DNA of 60,056 nt, from contig DATKHX010000117.1 of NCBI GenBank assembly GCA_035510075.1, forward strand, positions 1 to 60,056. Direction: 5' to 3'. This DNA comes from Stellaceae bacterium. Lineage in GTDB: Bacteria; Pseudomonadota; Alphaproteobacteria; ATCC43930; CGMCC-115725. The stretch's first letter is position 1. The number at the start of each line of letters is the position of its first letter. Below, piece by piece: positions 51,039-58,490 of this stretch. The notes under the pieces were generated by a model that worked only from the letters and a program-made list of their open reading frames with translations, was not told the DNA's origin and made no database searches. The position numbers and the translations under genes are program-made.

Positions 51039-51780
51039 CGGCCGCCTCCACCCGAGCCACCCAGTTCGCGAGCATGGCATGGTAGGCGATCCTGCGCCGC
51101 TCGCGTTCCGTCATCCGCGGCGGCCTGTCTAACACTGGCCGACGCCGGCCGCCGTCGAGCGGCATCAGGATCTCGCCCTGAACCCCCTCGCCTTCCCTCT
51201 CGGCGATTTGCATCCGGGCGCTGCGCGCTCCCCCTTGGGGGGGCTTTTGGGGGGTATTTTTATATATATCTCTGGTAGGGGGTGCAGGGGGAAGGGACGC
51301 GGTAGCGTCACATGTGACGCCCGGATGTGACGCTGTGACGGGGCGGTGTGACGCCTCTTTGGCGGCGGCCGTAAAGAGCTCCCCCTGCCGGTGCGCGGCG
51401 GCGTCGCGCTCGCGCTTTCGCCGCATCCGCTCGGCCGATTTCGTGATCGCGCGGTCGACGGATTTGGCCGCGGCTAGGCCAGCCTCGATGGCGGCGGCGC
51501 CCTGGCGCTTAGCCCAGTTGACCAAGCGCTCGCCGGCGACGATCCCGAGCTCTACAAAGGCGGCGATGAGGCGCTCGACCTCCTCCACCTTGACTCGGAA
51601 TTTGTACGCCAGCACGCGCGGCTGAAAACCGCGGAACGTTCCATCGCCATTTTCGATCGTGCGCTCGAACAATGCGCCGAACACGACCGGCCCCAGAAGC
51701 GGCGAAGCGCCGGCCATATCAGCCGCCGTCACCAGCTTGTCGTCGGTGATCATGCCGACGTGATGCTTCCCCCAGAACAT
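51022..51780 (-). CDS. Putative replication initiator / replisome organiser
   Basis: N-terminus is wHTH-like (MFWGKHHVGMITDDKLV...). The central linker is encoded by iterons plus an AT tract, as in lambda O. Confidence 0.55.
   Translation of the reverse strand: MFWGKHHVGMITDDKLVTAADMAGASPLLGPVVFGALFERTIENGDGTFRGFQPRVLAYKFRVKVEEVERLIAAFVELGIVAGERLVNWAKRQGAAAIEAGLAAAKSVDRAITKSAERMRRKRERDAAAHRQGELFTAAAKEASHRPVTASHPGVTCDATASLPPAPPTRDIYKNTPQKPPQGGARSARMQIAEREGEGVQGEILMPLDGGRRRPVLDRPPRMTERERRRIAYHAMLANWVARVEAAGGLAA
51256..51354. promoter_or_regulatory. Candidate origin of replication: AT tract plus TGTGACG iterons
   Basis: atttttatatatatc (51256-51270), then gcgtcaca/tgtgacgc (51305-51320), tgtgacgc (51326), tgtgacgg (51334) and tgtgacgc (51347). 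Confidence 0.55.
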
Positions 51781-51832
51781 CGTTGCTTTCCCCCAACGAA
51801 AAAACTTAGCGCCCTGCGCAGGCGCTCCCCCC

Positions 51833-51950
51833 TCATTCGCAACCGCCGTAGTCGACCGGCAGGCGGCTCGCGAGGAACCAGGCCGCGAGGAGCACGACGA
51901 GCGGCCACGCGGCGACCCCGGCGACAAATCCCCAGACAAACCCGTTCATG
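51833..51950 (-). CDS. 38-aa single-TM peptide
   Basis: MNGFVWGFVAGVAAWPLVVLLAAWFLASRLPVDYGGCE. ATG overlaps the upstream stop (ATGA). Confidence 0.4.
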
Positions 51951-52170
51951 CCCGGCCCTTGACCTGGCCCTGAAGCGCTTCGGGTGCGGCTTTCAGCGCA
52001 TCGGCGGTGTCGCAGGTCCGCAGGATCAGGTGCGCGAGAACGCGCAACTCGTCGGCGCCGTCGCAAATGCGCGCCTGGTGGCCGCAGGAAAAACAGATGG
52101 CGACAACGACCCGGCCGTCGCCAATGGCGCTGACCTCGACACGCACAGAACGCTCGATCTCGGCATTCAT
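51946..52170 (-). CDS. Hypothetical 74-aa protein
   Basis: [38 protein letters not shown].... ATGA overlap with the VRR-NUC stop. Confidence 0.5.
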   Translation of the reverse strand: MNAEIERSVRVEVSAIGDGRVVVAICFSCGHQARICDGADELRVLAHLILRTCDTADALKAAPEALQGQVKGRA

Positions 52171-52562
52171 AGCGCCCCCCATTCGCCGAGCCGCTCTTTC
52201 AGCCCCTCCCAGGAGCGGACAAACGCGTGGTGAACCCCGAGTGCCGCGCAGCGGCGGGCGAACTCGCGCTGGTCCTCCGAGGCTTGGCCCGCGGCGTGAT
52301 GGCCGAACACGTCGCGAAACGCCGGGCGCTTCAGCTCGACCGCTGCACAGCCGGTTGCCCAAGCGAGGATGATGTCGGGGGCGCCTGGCAAAAGGAAACC
52401 GTCGCCCTTTAATCGGTTAATAAGCCTGGCCACTACGGCCTTCTCGGCCTCCGACCGGGCTGGTATCCAAATCCCATTAGGGATAGGGACGGCCAAGATC
52501 GGGTAGCCTTTCAGGCGCCATAGAACCTCTTGCTGAAGGGTACGTTCCGCTTGAATGGTCAT
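52167..52562 (-). CDS. VRR-NUC domain nuclease
   Basis: [21 protein letters not shown] is the PD-(D/E)XK core typical of VRR-NUC. Start at [13 protein letters not shown]. Confidence 0.75.
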   Translation of the reverse strand: MTIQAERTLQQEVLWRLKGYPILAVPIPNGIWIPARSEAEKAVVARLINRLKGDGFLLPGAPDIILAWATGCAAVELKRPAFRDVFGHHAAGQASEDQREFARRCAALGVHHAFVRSWEGLKERLGEWGAL

Positions 52563-52885
52563 GGCGCGACTCGGCTTATCCGCTGGCGCCTCCATTTCTC
52601 TCGGAGGCGATTACGTTTTTCCCCCTTTGGCAGCGCTCTTCGTCTGTTCGACGCAGCGACAGCCGACCTCGTCTCGCGAAGCCGCTGTACCTCGCGCATT
52701 CGTTGGCCTCGGGCTGCCCGCTCACACGCGTCAGCTTGGATGAAGCGGAAGGGATAGTGAGGCTGTGGCCGGATATCGATTCCCGTCACGTCGAAGCCGG
52801 CGCGATGAAGGCCCATGCTTGCCCCGCCGCCGCCACAAAACAGGTCGAGCGCCAGCGGTCTGGCCATGCGTCGCACGGCGGTCAC
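52559..52885 (-). pseudogene. N-terminal fragment of a DNA (cytosine-5) methyltransferase
   Basis: [43 protein letters not shown] is motif I (FxGxG). No PCQ catalytic motif follows, and the tail is Arg-rich nonsense-like. Confidence 0.55.
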
Positions 52886-53259
52886 GGATCGTCGCCCGGA
52901 TCAAAGTCGTCGTCGAAGTCGAGGCGCACACCCAGCCGAGCTGGCGCTGCGACATCGCACATGCGCGCCAGCTCGGCGCGGCCTCGCTCTTCGGTAATCG
53001 GCGTGATGCCAAAGACCGATGCGCCGCCGTAAAAGTACGTTGCTTTGATCGCCGGCTGTGGAGCTAGTAGGTCTTGCTGAGCCGGGCCGGGTACGTCGAT
53101 GCGCAACATTTTCACGCCAAATTGCTCAGCCTCGGAGATGACACCGACATGCCGGCGATGGCCGAAGATTTCGATGACGGCCCAATAAGGCGCGCCCCTG
53201 CCTGCCTCCTCGCCTTCCCGTGCCGGGATCGTCTCGCTCTCTCGGATTTCGTCGCTCAT
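52882..53259 (-). CDS. Hypothetical conserved-looking phage protein
   Basis: [33 protein letters not shown]. 125 aa. ATGA-coupled on both sides. Confidence 0.65.
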   Translation of the reverse strand: MSDEIRESETIPAREGEEAGRGAPYWAVIEIFGHRRHVGVISEAEQFGVKMLRIDVPGPAQQDLLAPQPAIKATYFYGGASVFGITPITEERGRAELARMCDVAAPARLGVRLDFDDDFDPGDDP

Positions 53260-53438
53260 GCGGCCTCCTCCCCATCCGGAGGCGTGGGCACTGCCGGCCC
53301 GCCCGGGTCATCGGCCGCAGGTTGCTCCGAAATCGGCTTGCTCGGTCGCGGCCCGAATAGCGCGGCCGCTGCCGCCAATTGCTGCGCGCTCGGCCGCGCC
53401 CGCACTTTGCCGCGCCGGTAGAAGCCCATCGGCCTCAT
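53256..53438 (-). CDS. Hypothetical 60-aa protein
   Basis: MRPMGFYRRGKVRARPSAQQLAAAAALFG.... ATGA overlaps at both ends suggest translational coupling. Confidence 0.4.
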   Translation of the reverse strand: MRPMGFYRRGKVRARPSAQQLAAAAALFGPRPSKPISEQPAADDPGGPAVPTPPDGEEAA

Positions 53439-54010
53439 GCCGAGCCGCCCGGGCTTGCGTCGCGCAGGTTTGCCGCGCCGTTCGCCGCCTTGCGCGGGCG
53501 GCCGCGCCCGCGCTTTGGCGGATCGGGCTCGGGCTCGGCGGCGTCGGGCGGGCGCTCGCACTGCGCCGCGAATGCCGCGGTCCAGCCGTCGCGCCACGCC
53601 TCGTTCTGCGCCCCACCCTCCGGGTAGGGGTTGCGCGAGGCGGCTTCGCCGGCGCGGCCGGCGATCACCCCCTCGCTATAGGGCGTAAGCTCGACGAGGC
53701 CGGGGTCGCGGGGCTGCGGAGTGCGCGGCTGATCGCCGAAGAGGTCGCCCTGCGCCCACACGCCCAGCACGTCGCAATAGGTCGCGAGGCAGGCGAGGAA
53801 GTCGTTGCGCTTGTCGTCCTCCATGTGCTTGAGCTTGAGCGCCATCTTGAGCGCCGCCCGGTTGAAGCCGTAATCCTCGGCCTCCTGGTAGAGGTTGCCC
53901 AAGTCGCTGCGCACGTCGTCGGCGTTCTGTTTCTTCGCTTCGATGCGCTGCACCAGGCCGGAAAGCTTGCCGATGTTGACGGCGGCCGAGCCGTCTCCCA
54001 TTTCCGCCAT
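53435..54010 (-). CDS. GapR/DUF2312-like domain fused to an Rmf/CrpP-like motif and an AT-hook
   Basis: KLSGLVQRIEAKKQNADDVRSDLGNLYQEAEDYGFNRAALKMALKLK parallels GapR. Followed by NPYPEGGAQNEAWRDGW and PKRGRGRPRK. AAGGAAG RBS. Confidence 0.6.
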   Translation of the reverse strand: MAEMGDGSAAVNIGKLSGLVQRIEAKKQNADDVRSDLGNLYQEAEDYGFNRAALKMALKLKHMEDDKRNDFLACLATYCDVLGVWAQGDLFGDQPRTPQPRDPGLVELTPYSEGVIAGRAGEAASRNPYPEGGAQNEAWRDGWTAAFAAQCERPPDAAEPEPDPPKRGRGRPRKAANGAANLRDASPGGSA

Positions 54011-54195
54011 GACTGACTTCCTTTCAGTCGACGCCCGCTCTTCCCCCCGAGCGGGCAAAAAGGTAGCGGCCCCGCAGCGCCGATCCCCCTCGTCGGCACG
54101 AGCTGCGGGGCCGGCGCCCGCGCCCAGCCCTTCGGGGTCGCGGCGCAGCCGAATTTCGAGCAATCCCGATTCGCCGCGCGCAGCGGCGCTTATCG

Positions 54196-54975
54196 TCATC
54201 GCTCCCCCTCCTTCTGTTGCGCGCGCGGCGCGCCCTCTGCCGCGCCCGCCGTCGGCGTCCCCAGGCGAGGCGGCACCAGATGAGCCAGGCCAAGAGGAGC
54301 CTCGGCCACCAGCTCGGCGACGAGTGCGGCGTATTCGTTTTCGAGTGCCGCGAGCCGCCGGCGCTTGGCCGCGGCGGCGCGATAGCGGATCCAGTCGGCT
54401 TCGTGGGCTTCAACCCGGCGCACCTCGCGATAAAAAAAGCGGGTGACGCGCCCCGGCGGCAGACCCAGCGCACGGGCCGCCGCGCGCAGCCGCGCCTTGA
54501 CGGTCAGGCCGGGGGAAGCCTCGACGAGTTCACGGATCCGGGCCGACAGCTCGGCCCGCACCGCCTCGGGGGTGAAGACCTCAGCGGTAAACGCCACGGC
54601 AGGCTCCGCTGACGGCGGCAGCGGGGATTCCGCGCTCGCGGACGAAAATTCCGCGCTCGCGGGTGAAAATTCTGCGCGCACGGAATCTTTCCACGCCAGT
54701 TTCAGGGCGTGGAACCACAGCGCAGCAAAGGAGTTGACCAAGCCAAAACAAGACCGACGATGTGGCGCGCGGGCCTGCCGGCGGCCGAAATTCCCCCTTC
54801 GGCCAGCCGCCCGCTCGAGCACGGTGCCCGCGCGCCCACCTTCCCCCAACGCTCGCTCGAGCTGTGCTGCCGGCCGCTTTGCGAGAGCGGCCGGCATGAC
54901 TTTGGCGCCACGGCGCCTCGACGCGATCCTCGCCGCCCGGTCGAGCGGCCCCATGCCGTCGGGCGGGATCGTCAA
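54196..54975 (-). CDS. Hypothetical protein (start uncertain) containing a 21-bp repeat region
   Basis: The C-terminal half (VAFTAEVFTPEAVRAEL...RRLAALENEYAALV) is protein-like. The TTG start at 54975 overlaps the upstream stop. Confidence 0.45.
   Translation of the reverse strand: MTIPPDGMGPLDRAARIASRRRGAKVMPAALAKRPAAQLERALGEGGRAGTVLERAAGRRGNFGRRQARAPHRRSCFGLVNSFAALWFHALKLAWKDSVRAEFSPASAEFSSASAESPLPPSAEPAVAFTAEVFTPEAVRAELSARIRELVEASPGLTVKARLRAAARALGLPPGRVTRFFYREVRRVEAHEADWIRYRAAAAKRRRLAALENEYAALVAELVAEAPLGLAHLVPPRLGTPTAGAAEGAPRAQQKEGER
54627..54680. repeat. 21-bp tandem repeat, ~2.5 copies
   Basis: attccgcgctcgcggacgaaa / attccgcgctcgcgggtgaaa / attctgcgcgca.... In frame, it encodes AEFSPAS AEFSSAS AES. 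Confidence 0.85.
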
Positions 54976-55193
54976 TCACTTCGAGAATGTCCGGCAGCCG
55001 CTGTCTCGGGGGCCTTGCCGGCCACCGGGGCCGTTGCAGCACCCCTGACCGCAAAATCGTAAAACGCCTGCGCCCGCGCCACGATCTCGCCCGATGCGGA
55101 CGCCCGATCATCGGCGAGGTAATAGCGCCCCGATTCCACCGCCAGCCGCAGACAGTCCAGCCGCAGCGCGCTCTCTTGCGGGCTCGCCGTCAT
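54972..55193 (-). CDS. Hypothetical early protein (second gene after cro-like)
   Basis: 73-aa ORF. ATGA-type coupling to the cro-like gene. Confidence 0.55.
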   Translation of the reverse strand: MTASPQESALRLDCLRLAVESGRYYLADDRASASGEIVARAQAFYDFAVRGAATAPVAGKAPETAAAGHSRSD

Positions 55194-55414
55194 CGCGGCG
55201 CATCCTCGGCGACACGGACCTCGCCAGAGATCAGATCAGCCGGGCTCAGCGGCGGGTCGAGCGACGCGCCTGCCTGCAAGACCTCGTACTGGCGCTGGGC
55301 CGGGATAAAGCCAGTGCTGCACCAATGCTGCACCGTCGTGACCGGCCAGCCGCCGGCGCGCGCCATCGCGTTCAGCCCGCCAAAACGCGCGGCGATTTTT
55401 TGAGCGACATTCAT
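55190..55414 (-). CDS. Cro-like DNA-binding protein
   Basis: MNVAQKIAARFGGLNAMARAGGWPVTTVQHWCSTGFIPA is HTH-like. Divergent from the CI-like repressor across an 87-bp operator region. Confidence 0.65.
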   Translation of the reverse strand: MNVAQKIAARFGGLNAMARAGGWPVTTVQHWCSTGFIPAQRQYEVLQAGASLDPPLSPADLISGEVRVAEDAPR

Positions 55415-55423
55415 GGGCGAAGG

Positions 55424-55452
55424 GCCATACGGTATTTCCGTCCGGTCGTCAA
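55424..55452 (-). promoter_or_regulatory. PR-like promoter TTGACG-N17-TATGGC (minus strand)
   Basis: -35 at 55447-55452 and -10 at 55424-55429. Operator O1 lies in the spacer/-10. The -10 ends only 9 nt before the cro-like ATG. Confidence 0.55.
55429..55441. promoter_or_regulatory. Operator O1: ACGGTATTTCCGT (palindromic ACGG-N5-CCGT)
   Basis: Perfect inverted half-sites. The same 13-mer recurs at 57487-57499. Confidence 0.6.
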
Positions 55453-55465
55453 ACGGTAATTTCGT
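55453..55465. promoter_or_regulatory. Operator O2: ACGGTAATTTCGT (imperfect copy)
   Basis: Centre lies 24 bp from O1, a spacing similar to lambda-type tandem operators. Confidence 0.5.
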
Positions 55466-55501
55466 ACGGCGCGCTCTCGGCGAGGCTGGTCAAATTCGGC
55501 G

Positions 55502-56194
55502 ATGGCGGACAGCAAATTAAATAACCGTCCCCGGCGCGGCGGCGCCGGACCAGCGCTCAAGGCGCTGGCGAGGGAGGCGGGCCTGAGCGTACAGCAAGTC
55601 GCGGACAAATTAGGACGCCCGAAAAGCAGCTATCAATATTACGAAGACGAATTCAAGGAAGAGCGCTTGCCGCTAAAGCTCGTAGAGGAGCTGGTGCCGA
55701 TCTTCGAGCAGCGGGGAATCCCCCGCGACCGGGTTCTTGCCTTAGGCGGCGATTTTCCGATTTCGTTAACGTCGGTCGGGATGGCAATAATTCGCGAGCA
55801 AAGGCCGCGCGAGCTCGCGGAAAACGGCCTAGAAGAACCAAGCGGCGGTGGCGGGAACGCGTGGCAGATGCCAAAGGACTTCTTGCGCGCGGCAACCGAC
55901 GCGGCCGAGGGGCAAATCCGCATCATGACCGTGGTCGGGGATTCGATGGAGACCACGTTTCGCCCGTATGAACGCATCATGGTCGATGTCAGCGACCGCC
56001 AACCGAGCCCGCCCGGAATTTTTGTGCTGTTCGACGGCGTCGGCCACGTCGTCAAGCGCGTCGAGCTGGTCGTCGGCTCGAACCCGCCGCGAGTGCGCAT
56101 CAGCGCCGACAACCCGCGCTACAGCGTTTACGAGTCCGCTCTCGACGAAGCCGGCATCGAGGGCCGCGTTCTTGGAAAGTGGCAATGGGTATGA
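55502..56194 (+). CDS. cI: CI-like repressor (HTH + S24 LexA-type autopeptidase)
   Basis: N-terminal LSVQQVADKLGRPKSSYQYYE HTH. C-terminal VVGDSMETTF (Ser) and HVVKRVE (Lys) S24 motifs. Confidence 0.85.
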   Translation: MADSKLNNRPRRGGAGPALKALAREAGLSVQQVADKLGRPKSSYQYYEDEFKEERLPLKLVEELVPIFEQRGIPRDRVLALGGDFPISLTSVGMAIIREQRPRELAENGLEEPSGGGGNAWQMPKDFLRAATDAAEGQIRIMTVVGDSMETTFRPYERIMVDVSDRQPSPPGIFVLFDGVGHVVKRVELVVGSNPPRVRISADNPRYSVYESALDEAGIEGRVLGKWQWV

Positions 56195-56284
56195 AGGCAA
56201 CGGCCGGCGCACGACCTGCTGGTGCGCGCTACGCGTTTGGGTTCAGCGCCTATCGCCTTCAGGCAAGTGGAGCGTCACGCCGCC

Positions 56285-57409
56285 CTACAGCCTCAAAGGC
56301 GTCACCCCGGCGCGCTCGGCGAGCGTGCGAGCTCGGCTCAGCCGTTGCGTTGCCGTCAAAGCTGGCGGGTAGCCGAGCTCGCCCTGAATGTCGCAATATC
56401 GCGTCAGCACCTCGATCTCGGCCGCATACCGCCTCTGCCGCCGCTGAATACTCGCCATAACGCCATAGGCCCGAAAGGGCACTGCCACATGCGAGCTACG
56501 GGCCGCCCCTTCTGTTCTGGTTATTCGCTCCAAAAGAAACTGCTCGGCGGCGGCATAGTCTCCGCTGCGTCTGGCGGCAGCCATCACGTCGGCAAGATGC
56601 TGCCCGGAGATTGGCGCTTCATCATCTGGAACGGGATGAAAGTTTAGCGGATCGCCCGCCGCCGCCGCAATTGGGCCAAAGCCCACCGCGATCGGACACC
56701 CGCGTAGCAGCAGGTAGACTCGCAACGCCAGCCACGCGTCCTCGATCGCGTTGTGGGTGCCGCCGCGCCGCGCGAGACCGAGATATCGCGCAACCGCCTG
56801 GAGCGAGGCAGAATCCGTGAGCGCCCGCTCGCGCCATTCGGTCATCGTGCAAAAACGCGGCTTGGCGATAAGCGGGCGACCGGCCATCGTGAGCTCGCGG
56901 TCGAGAAAGCGGATGTCGAAATCGGCGTTGTGGGCAACGATGAGGTCGCTGGCGTCGATCAGCTCGCAAACCTCAGCCAGCTCGGCCGAAAAGGCCTCTT
57001 GGTGAGCCAGGACCGAGGCGCGGTAGCCATGGATACGCTCCGCAACCGGATGGCTGCGCCTGCCCGGGTCAAAAATCAGGTGGTTGATTTTTAAGTCTAC
57101 GAATTCGGTCGCCAGCGATCGAGTGTTAAGCAAGATAAACCCGGCGCTGACAATCCGGTCCGAGTCCTCGAGCCCGGTGGTTTCCACGTCGAGAGCGAGC
57201 ACGTAGCGAGGCATCGCGACGAGCCAGCTTGGCTCTTCCCCCACGCTCGCGTGTGGACGCTCGCTTTCCGCCGGCGCCTCGGTCGAGCGGGGAATTGTGG
57301 GCGTCTCCCCGGGCTTCGGCGCGGCGCGGCGCGCTCTTCGGGCGAAATAGAGACCGGCCGCAGCCAGAGCGGCGGCGCCGAACCCCACCCAAATCGGATC
57401 CCCCGCCAT
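56285..57409 (-). CDS. Membrane-anchored DEDDh (DnaQ-like) 3'-5' exonuclease with a C-terminal helical domain
   Basis: TM helix DPIWVGFGAAALAAAGLYFARRARR. Exo motifs LALDVETTGL, AHNADFDIRFL and HNAIEDA. ~150-aa helical tail. AAGGGGGA RBS. Confidence 0.75.
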   Translation of the reverse strand: MAGDPIWVGFGAAALAAAGLYFARRARRAAPKPGETPTIPRSTEAPAESERPHASVGEEPSWLVAMPRYVLALDVETTGLEDSDRIVSAGFILLNTRSLATEFVDLKINHLIFDPGRRSHPVAERIHGYRASVLAHQEAFSAELAEVCELIDASDLIVAHNADFDIRFLDRELTMAGRPLIAKPRFCTMTEWRERALTDSASLQAVARYLGLARRGGTHNAIEDAWLALRVYLLLRGCPIAVGFGPIAAAAGDPLNFHPVPDDEAPISGQHLADVMAAARRSGDYAAAEQFLLERITRTEGAARSSHVAVPFRAYGVMASIQRRQRRYAAEIEVLTRYCDIQGELGYPPALTATQRLSRARTLAERAGVTPLRL

Positions 57410-57475
57410 CGGCTTTCCCCCTTTCTCGAAAAGTCTGGGGGAACTTTTATTTCTGCCGCCATACGGGAAAATGGG

Positions 57476-57504
57476 TTGACCATCGTACGGTATTTCCGTA
57501 TGAC
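57476..57504 (+). promoter_or_regulatory. PL-like promoter TTGACC-N17-TATGAC with an embedded operator
   Basis: -35 at 57476-57481 and -10 at 57499-57504. The architecture is the same as the PR-like promoter. Confidence 0.55.
57486..57500. promoter_or_regulatory. Operator OL: TACGGTATTTCCGTA (perfect 15-bp palindrome)
   Basis: Contains the O1 13-mer. Overlaps the spacer and -10 of the PL-like promoter. Confidence 0.6.
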
Positions 57505-57542
57505 GACATCGAACGCAACCACGCGGGCAGGGGGAGAGTGCG

Positions 57543-57872
57543 ATGGCATCGAAAAAACCGACAGCGGCCGAAGTTGAGAGCGACGCGGCGCCGGCGGTGC
57601 TGCCGGCGCTGAGACGCGCGCTGCCCGACACCCGCGAGTGGCACCTGACGACGGCGGCGGCCCGGCTCTATGCCGCGAGCGAGGAGCCCCGCATCGGGTA
57701 TCTGCGCAACCAGGTCTTGGACCAGGCGGCCGCGGCGTTGCGGCTCGCCGGCGAGCCCGCCTTGGCGCAAGCGGTCGCCGCCGAGATCGGCGAGCTCCAC
57801 GGCGCCTCCCAGACGATGGCGCTCCTCTCGGCGCGGGTCGAAACGCTGTTGCGCCACGAGGTGGCGTCGTGA
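57543..57872 (+). CDS. Hypothetical early protein (first gene of the early-left operon)
   Basis: 109-aa ORF with a GGGGGAGAG RBS, downstream of the PL-like promoter. Confidence 0.6.
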   Translation: MASKKPTAAEVESDAAPAVLPALRRALPDTREWHLTTAAARLYAASEEPRIGYLRNQVLDQAAAALRLAGEPALAQAVAAEIGELHGASQTMALLSARVETLLRHEVAS

Positions 57873-58174
57873 GCGACCTGCGGCTGTCGCCGGCGGAAGC
57901 GGCACTCTACGGCACGCCCGAAGCGCGCCAGCGCGATCACGAGGCCTACCAGCGGCGACTGGCCGGGATCACCAGCTACGCCGACGCCTTTGCCGCCGCG
58001 ATCCGGCGCGCGGGCGTGTTCGAGGTCGAGGGGCTGCGGTTCGCCCGCCGCGCCGATGTATCGGTCCCGACCGATTATGTCGCGAGCGGCCGGCATACGC
58101 TCGTCTTCGAGCTGCTCGGCACGGGGAAGACCTACCGGCTGATGATCGAGCCGGTGCCGGAGACGCACCGGTGA
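57869..58174 (+). CDS. Hypothetical early protein
   Basis: VSDLRLSPAEAALYGTPEARQRDHEAYQRRL.... GTG overlaps the upstream stop (GTGA). Confidence 0.55.
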   Translation: MSDLRLSPAEAALYGTPEARQRDHEAYQRRLAGITSYADAFAAAIRRAGVFEVEGLRFARRADVSVPTDYVASGRHTLVFELLGTGKTYRLMIEPVPETHR

Positions 58175-58362
58175 GCCGCTCTACCGGAGAAGCCTGGCAC
58201 CGCCAGGCGGGGTGCGCCGGCAAGAAGCGGTTTCCCAGCCCGGCCCTCGCGCACCGCGTGCAGGTGCGCGCCAGCAAGGCGGCCCGCCGCCGCGGCGAGC
58301 GCCCTCGCGCGGCCTATCGCTGCCCGCATTGCGGCGGCTGGCACTTGGGGAGCCGGCAATGA
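58171..58362 (+). CDS. Small zinc-ribbon-like protein
   Basis: ...AYRCPHCGGWHLGSRQ. GTGA overlap with the upstream gene. Confidence 0.5.
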   Translation: MSRSTGEAWHRQAGCAGKKRFPSPALAHRVQVRASKAARRRGERPRAAYRCPHCGGWHLGSRQ

Positions 58363-58490
58363 GTTGGGATGCCGGGCAAGCGCAACGGCGGGGCGAGCGC
58401 CTGCGGACGCTGCGCCTGGCGATGGGCGCCGTCATGGCGCTCTCGGTCATCTGGCTGCTGCTCGCGTTTTTTCTCGCGGCCATCGGATGA
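58359..58490 (+). CDS. 43-aa single-TM peptide
   Basis: MSWDAGQAQRRGERLRTLRLAMGAVMALSVIWLLLAFFLAAIG. ATGA overlap. Confidence 0.4.
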   Translation: MSWDAGQAQRRGERLRTLRLAMGAVMALSVIWLLLAFFLAAIG

